DNA of 63,341 nucleotides, the filler included, from Hyphochytrium catenoides (taxonomy: Eukaryota > Protista > Hyphochytriomycota), in assembly GCA_900088475.1 (NCBI GenBank). It is 3 parts of 3 records of this genome, joined end to end, with 100 filler letters (N's around TTAATTAATTAA, not from the genome) between each part and the next. Parts side by side here need not be neighbours in the genome. Positions count along the whole stretch, not along the records: positions 35,496 to 63,341 come from FLMG01003383.1; 2 more parts are not named here. The stretch is one strand, 5' to 3'. A program made the position numbers and the translations under genes. Every line of letters begins with the position of its first letter. The stretch's first letter is position 1. Positions 56,436-63,341 of the stretch are shown one piece after another. The notes below the pieces were generated by a model, which did no database searches, was not told where the DNA came from, and was given only the letters and a program-made list of their open reading frames with translations.

Positions 56436-59400
56436 TATCGTGCCTTGATCCCCTCTTGTTCTTCTCTTAACGGCGATCCAAGTCCAAACCTCTTGCTCGT
56501 CGCACTATAAGATATAGAAGCCTGCTAGTTGGTAGGCTCAGGAGAAGACGATAAAGGGATGACGAGAAGACGAGATAGGTGACTCCGGTCAAGGGAGTGC
56601 AACACGAGGAGCGCTGAGCTGCGCAACAAGGAGAAAGTTTGCTAATGTCCTGTCGCTTAACCTCCGACTAAAGAAGTGTCAATGGATGTGCGTCCCTGCC
56701 CAATCATGAGTAAAGAGTAAGAGAAGAGGAGGACGGTGATGACAAAAAGGGAGAAAGGACAGAGCAGAGGGAGAGAAGAAAGGAGGAGAGGGACTGAACA
56801 CGCCGCAGCAGCAGCCATAAAAGCTGACTGTGTCTGGCTGAGAGGCCAGGACCGGTCCTCCTCCCTCTTCCTTCTGTTAGGACAGGCATGATGGCATCGC
56901 GGACGGAGTTATACCAAGAAGTTGCTGGGATAGGTAGAAAAGCAACGTCATCAAGAGTTTATGCTGCTTCTTCCTCCACTTCTAACGAAATAACCATCCT
57001 GCGTTGATAGGCTTTTTGCGATCGAGATGAGTTCCTCCTTCTTTTGTACGGCTCCGTCTCTCACGGACCAGTGCATAAATGTATCTTCCTTGCTTCTTGT
57101 CGTGTGTGGCCCCTCGTTCGCTGAACAAGCGCGATAAGAAGAAGACGAACAAGAAGAAGAAGGCGGACATAAGCGGTAGGAGAAGACATCTCCCCGCAGC
57201 AGTCACGCTCTTTCTTCTTCTAGAAGGAGCGAACAAGTCTGGTGGACGTGTCTTCCTACTTCTGCCTGCAGAGAGTAGCGACTAGTATCTGGCTCCCAAT
57301 ATTGTCAAGGATTGTTGATAGGTCTATTCTTCTCCTCCTCCTGATATGCTCCTCCTTCCTTGTGGACCCATCTAAAGGATTATAGCTCGCTAGCTCACTG
57401 ACCAGCCGGTCCTCTTCTTTCTATTTCGTTATCAGCAGCTGTGGCTGTTGTTCCTTCTTCTGTTGGCTCACATCATCGGTCCATTCTTCTTCTCTCCTCT
57501 TCGTCTCATCCTGCTCAACTAATGCCTTTACTACTTGCGGGGTATTGGCTGCCAGACGCTCACACATCCCGTCTAGCCCAGCAGAAGCGCCTGTTCAGGA
57601 CATAGTAGGGTAGCACTTTTTTGGACTCGAGGGTGATGATCCAAGTAGAGTTAAAGGAAAGAGTAGAAGAGGAGGCGGAGATTGGTCTCGAGATGAAGAG
57701 GAACAAGAGACAGAGAAGAGGAGCGGATATTATTATTAGGGAGCATCCTGGAAAGAGAGAATAGTGTATGACAAGCGCCTTTGTTCTTCTCTTCTTCTTT
57801 CCCTTGATGATGACGATGATGATGGCTCTTTCTCTCCATCACATCCCTGCTGTCTGTCACTCCTTGGCCCTTCAGATCTCTTAGAAGAAGGGTCATCAAA
57901 CAAAGTCGGCCGCCAAAGTGGCAGCTGCTGCGGGGGCATCTATCATCAGAACCAGCAGCTGCATTGGCGGTTGGCGGAAACGAGGAATAGAGGTAGAGCG
58001 ATAAGGAAGGTTAAAGGCTCTTACAATGTGCTATGGAAGGTGCAAGTAGGTGGTGGCGGGACGTCGTGGCTAGTAGTAGGGCAGAGAGTGGGAAGAGAAG
58101 CGCTTCGCAAGCTCTGTAGGAACAGACGCTTATGCTCCATCTATCTCGCACCACCCTTTCCCTCGCGCTATTCTGCGGCTTCCTTCAATAGTCCTCTGCC
58201 CCGTGCTTGCGGATTCTTCGTCCGGTGACAGGAGGCAAAGGGGCCAGTTGCACCTTTCATAGTCGTTTCTGCTGCCCTGTTGACGACTGAGCGGGCGCGA
58301 GGTGGAGAAAGCTGGGCGCTCAGTAGACGCAGGTGCAAAACAGCACTAAACAATGCTGCTAATCGTGGCCGTCCCTCTCCTTGGTTGTCAGTGACAACGT
58401 TTTACCTGTTCTAGTTAGAAGCACGTGGCTGCGGTGGACACAACCCAGCCCCTCAGGCTTTGCCATGGTATAATAGAGTACACTCGGAGGGTACGTCCCA
58501 CACGATTTTGCGGAAGGATGATCATCAGGACCGCTGCAGACAAAGACTGCAAAGCCTGAAGTAGTGATGGTTCGTTTGTTCCTAAAGTAACAGACGTCCA
58601 TCCGCCCATCATTGTGCCGCTTCCCCTGACTGAGAGAGCAGCAGTAGGCGGTGTAGGACGGGACGGAGTCGTTCCTTAATAACCGCTTCGCTGGTTAAAA
58701 AACAGACGTCGTCCCCTCTCTTCTTCCCTTGAGATAAGTACAACGACAGGGAGGACAATCTGCCAGTACACGAGACGCCGCCGGTGATGGAATGATGTCC
58801 AAAGGCACACGTGTCCGTTCAGGTGACAGAGAAAAAGGTAAACAATGTGATGATGGAGGCAAGGAGCGAGGACCACCCATGTGCTGAATGGTTTGAAGGG
58901 GTACGTGTCCAACGACAAGAAGAAGTAGCGCTACCTCTGCGCCTAGGAACCATCACATCAGCTTTGTACGGCTGACCAGGCATTAATGACCTACTCTGGT
59001 GGATCTATGAGCAGCTGAAGAGGTAAAGGTGAGTCGTCGGAGCTGAGTTGCACATGTGACGAGCTTCGCCACAAATGGTCCCTCTCATGTACACAGACGG
59101 AAAGATCCGCTTGGATCTATCTACCACCTATCCTATCAATGAAACATGTTCTTCCTTTCTGGTACGCCTCCTGCTTATCTCTCATTAGATCTAGCATTAA
59201 TCCCTGAGGAGATCATCACATTCTTCACTGTCTCTCTCTCTTCAGAGGCAACTGCACCTTCTCTCGTACAAAAAGGAAGGCAGGCTTCTTCATCTCTCCT
59301 CCTCCTCCCTTGTGATGACTCCTCGTCCACCTGCCAGCCTGATCTCCTTTCTCTTCTCCTTCTTCTTCGCTCTTCTGATGGAACATAGGCCTGCATCATG

Positions 59401-62400
59401 CGGCTCATAAATCTTCTCTCCCTAGAACCTTTACCCCTGATCTTGCACGTGCAAATCTCATGGTGACGGCCGTGCAGGAGCAGCTGCAAGCGGCGGGTGC
59501 ATGGCTGCAGCTGGCATCTGTCAGGAGCTGATGAGGAGACCAGCGAACAGACTTGACAAGGGTGGAAGCGGCGGGACCTTGGGGGTGTGGCTCCTAGGTA
59601 CTAATCCCGGGGGAATACTGTAAGGGCTGTACCACAGCCATCGTACAGGGGCGGGAATGGGGGGTGACGTCTTGGTTGGGTTGGGACATGGGGTCTGCGG
59701 GGCTGCCCCTGTCCAACTGGTAGCACTATGATGACAGTCGAAGGACCTTCCTATTGTTTCTGCATAATTTTAATTGATCATGATCAGGATTCATTGATGC
59801 CGCAGCGCAGCAGGAGTCGTCCTCCTCCTCGCATCATGTCAAAGAGCTTGACCACCGTCCTCATCAGCCTCATCATCATCATCAAGATCCATCGCCCCAA
59901 GGTCTCAAGGGACCATAGCCCAGCAGCCTCCAATGTAGCCATCAAAGAAAAGGCCAGTCTACTAGCAGTAGAGGATGATCCTGCGGGCTGCGGGGGATGT
60001 AAGAGATAGCCCGTCCGTGGAAGGAGCGAGGAGGAGAACATAAGGATAGATGCTGCGGCGGCGATCTAAGGAAGGAGATGTCTGTCAACGCAGAAAGGAA
60101 GAAGGGGAGGAGGCTTTCTTTGAATCTTGATCTTTGTGAATCACTAGGATGGGAGGACTAGAAGGGCACGACCCGAGGATAATGAGTGAGGCGACTCCTT
60201 GAAGCACCTGCACCTGACGGACACCATCATAGAAGGACAGCTGTTTGTACAGCCATTGATCGATGGTTCTTCTGAGGTTTAGAGAGGTGGGGAAGGTTGT
60301 CTGCTTCTCCTTCTCCGCTCGTGCTTCTCTCCTTTAAGTTCCTTTTTTCCTTGCTGCTGCTCTGTCTCCTCGTGGTGCTCATGAGCACATGAGCACATGA
60401 GCATCAGGCTTCCTGAGGGCCGTCTTCCCTCTCCAATGATAGCGGCTCCTTCGTATTATTTATTTAGTTCCGCCTTCTTCTCGTCTATTATAGTTCTATC
60501 TTCGCCTTTTTTCACCAGCTATCCCCGGGCTGACCACCACAATGCATGATGAAGAAGCGATGACCCACTGCTTTGTTTGTGTGTGCGCTGCTGTTGTCTA
60601 GTTACTGCTGCCGGCCGCTGTCTGCTCTTCCTAGTGGTTCTTCTTTCACTCCTCCGTTTCTTGAGTGAGGCTAATGCTATGTGTTTTGGATGATGAGGGT
60701 GATAAGTCACTAGTGCTACGATGATCAGCGGGGCTGTAGATACGACAGCGCCTTCTTGTCGGCCCTGCTTGTTTCTAAAGAAGGCAAATCGCTTACTGAG
60801 GATGAAGACTGAGTTTAGGATGAAGATGATAAGGAGGATGATATAGGCGAAGACCTAATGTGAGCCGCAAATGTTATGTCATACTAGCTGCAGTCAGCGG
60901 TAAAAAGGAAGAAGGGCACCTTTCGTTGTCAACAAGCTGTAGACGAGCAGCCTAGGCGGAGAGAAGATTAGTGGGTGCTTGCTGCTGCCTCCTCGCTCGC
61001 TTGTCCATTGGTATTCCTGTTCTTGGGAGAGTCTCCCTAGAAAGATAGTAGAGACCAATAAATTCGCGGCTTCCACTTACGACTCTGACCTATCGTCTTG
61101 AACTGCCATGCCGGCCGTGGGCGGCCAGGGGCCTGCAGCAAAGACATCGTTGATCTAGCAATTTGTGCAGCATACTAACATTGTGCTGCTCTAAAGGCAC
61201 TGCCTGACACACAATGGGCTACTCGTAGAATGGTGAAGAGGGGGTGCAGAAAAAGAGAAAGCTTTGATGTTCCCTCAGAGCGATCGATCAATGGCAAAGC
61301 CTTATTCAGGGTCAGATGACAAGCCCATGGAACCACATCGGGCGGACTCTGAGAGGGCTTCCGCCATGAAAGAGAAGGCAAAACTGTCGTCTGAACTTCT
61401 TAACGTAGCGGGCTTCTTCCTCCCGCCTTGTGGAAAGGGACTCATCATCTTTGACGCTGCTGCTGGTGCAGGGTTACGTATCAAGCATTGGCAAGTCGTT
61501 TTGTACGGTTTGTGCAGCTGCAACCTCCTGTGTCTCATGCCATTGTTGATGGTGATGATGATGATATTACGTTGCAAGTGCCATCTGATGGGTGCCATGC
61601 TGCAATGCCCCATGGTGGCGGCCTTCCCCTCGTGCGAGAAGTCCAGCAGCCCTCGCCACGCATAACTAGAGCTCATGCACTTCTCCCATGACCATTGGTC
61701 GTGCTTTACACACAGTCTAATGGCGCATTCTAATGGCTTCTGATCGCCATTATTGATGCCAAGATGGTTTAGCAGACCGTTTGCTTCTTGGCCCGCAGCA
61801 TTATCATCCAGCAATAATCGAAAACCCGTCTAAGCGGCAATGGATAGTCATCATGCGCGGAAGAAGAGGCGATGAGTTAGTGTCAGCAGTTGGCTCCCCG
61901 AGATCGCTAAAGAAGAGAAGAAAGGAACAAATGCGGGCAGCGCTCTTGCCATTGCAACAGCTCAAGATGGTCCGTCTCCTCCTCGAGTGCCTCAGCTTGA
62001 CGTCAGGATGTTATAAGAAAGATCTCTAACTGATAGTAAAAAGATCTCTATACTGAGAATCATATGCAAGTATCTGCGGTGCTGACTAAAAAGGCGCGCT
62101 GAACATCCCTCCGCCTGTCTCCCAGGCCTTCGTAGTTTATCGTCGTCAAGGTATCAGCTCACTCTTTCTGTGTGAAGTGTGCTAACGAGAGACCGCTGCT
62201 GGCTGTTTCTGAGTACGCCCAGACGGCGACACAAGCACAACTAGCATAAGCTGGAGGACAAATCAAGCTTGAGTCTCGCTCTTCGATAAAGAGAGCTTGC
62301 TCTTCCGGTGCACTGATGTCTCCTACTTCCTTTCGTGCGTGTGAGAAGGTAACTCAAAAAGGCAGAGAAGATCGATCGACGCAGAGGTATCACCACGGAT

Positions 62401-62741
62401 CTGAGGCCGCTGGACCACGTGCTTTTATTGACGTATAGGGAGGAACTTCGCGTGTTATAGGCTAGACGTTCAGATGGGAAGCCTTGTCCTCATATGTAGG
62501 AGAGAGCATGCAGAGTATACAGAGAAGGGGAATGTATCTACATCCATGAGAAGCGGGGATGGAGCGAGGAGACGTCGTAGCAGGGCAACAGTCGCTTGTA
62601 ACTTCTGGGTTGAATAGGAGACAAGAAGGGGGAGATGTGAAGCAGAGAAGCGCTTGACAGGGCACATAACGCCGCGCGAAGACGAGAGAGAGGAGGAGCA
62701 TCTTAACTAGCCCCCTCCACACGGGGAAGAGCCCAGCTCAT

Positions 62742-63174
62742 CTAGAGCTCGCTTATGTTGCTCTCCGGTGGAGGCGTTCTAAGGCCGTCACTACTTGATG
62801 AACACTCTGGCCCGTAGTGCAGAAGACTGAAGAGAGGCACGTTGCCAAGGTCATCCTAAGTACACAGTGGTGCGGAGAGCGTAAGAGGCGGGGAGGCACT
62901 CCGCTGATGAGAGCAAATAGGAGAGAGAAAGTGGAGAGAGGAAAAGATAACTATACTAAGAACAAGTACACAGAGAGAGAAAGGGCGAGACGAAGACGAA
63001 CAAGCGGCTGCATACTAGATTTACTTCTTCCATACGAAGGACCACGGCGCATTCCACGAGCACGCCGCCTGCTTTCTGCACAAGGTCGCATGCTGCCAGC
63101 AGGGTGCCACCGGTGGCCACCATGTCGTCCATGACCACCACTCTGGACCCTGGAGCAATCGCGTCTTCATGAAT
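62742..63174 (-). CDS. APRT: Adenine phosphoribosyltransferase, last two exons (5' part lies beyond the window)
   Basis: IHEDAIAPGSRVVVMDDMVATGGTLLAACDLVQKAGGVLVECAVV (PRPP-binding motif, APRT-type); probable final exon DDLGNVPLFSLLHY...SEL* (stop 62742-62744). Confidence 0.82.
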
Positions 63175-63341
63175 CTGCGAGCCCAATAGAGCGCAAGGCA
63201 AGCGAGAGAACGTCAGCGAAGCGTAATAATCAAGATTAGAAAAGTAGGGGCAGGGATAAGCGGGCCACAGGATAGCAGTGGAGGCGTGGAGAGCAGAAAG
63301 CAATTGCTGCTGTCAAGAGGAAAGAGAGAGAGAGAGAGAGA

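Noticed and set aside
60958-60972. GAGAAGATTAG similarity to U6 snRNA
   Set aside because: Only about 11 nt match; the rest of U6 is absent.
61264-61814. 133-170 aa overlapping ORFs
   Set aside because: Non-ATG starts, no domain signature, partly driven by (GAT)n low complexity.

Overview
Eukaryotic, intron-rich genomic DNA. Gene content (outer dynein arm docking complex subunit, SPATA17, MORN1, an RWP-RK transcription factor, a mannitol dehydrogenase fused to an M1Pase-like HAD phosphatase) suggests a flagellate protist, most plausibly a stramenopile/ochrophyte alga; this is inference. The window is three separate pieces (1-6649, 6750-35395, 35496-63341) joined by two artificial 100-bp N44-TTAATTAATTAA-N44 linkers, so adjacency across them means nothing. 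By splicing GT-AG exons by eye I reconstructed about 17 protein-coding genes: Uso1/p115-like 3' end, Sel1-repeat protein, SPATA17-like, ODA-DC2/CCDC114-like, divergent VTC-domain protein, MORN1-like, divergent PP2A B56-like, RRM-CCCH-B-box-R3H protein, voltage-sensor ion channel, intronless 34-aa-repeat fibre-like protein, RWP-RK factor, orphan with a PP1-docking-like motif, RAD51B, kinase-EF-cNMP protein, SMYD5/ATXR2-like, mannitol dehydrogenase-HAD fusion and APRT. There are also two identical tRNA-Ile(AAT) genes. Best leads: (1) a mannitol 2-dehydrogenase-type scaffold carrying mannitol-1-phosphate-dehydrogenase-like arginine signatures and fused to an M1Pase-like HAD domain; (2) an intronless virus/phage-fibre-like repeat gene with nested higher-order repeats, contiguous with host genes; (3) an apparently mitochondria-targeted CaMK-like kinase with EF-hand-like and two cyclic-nucleotide-binding domains. 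No database searches were run, so family calls rest on remembered motifs.
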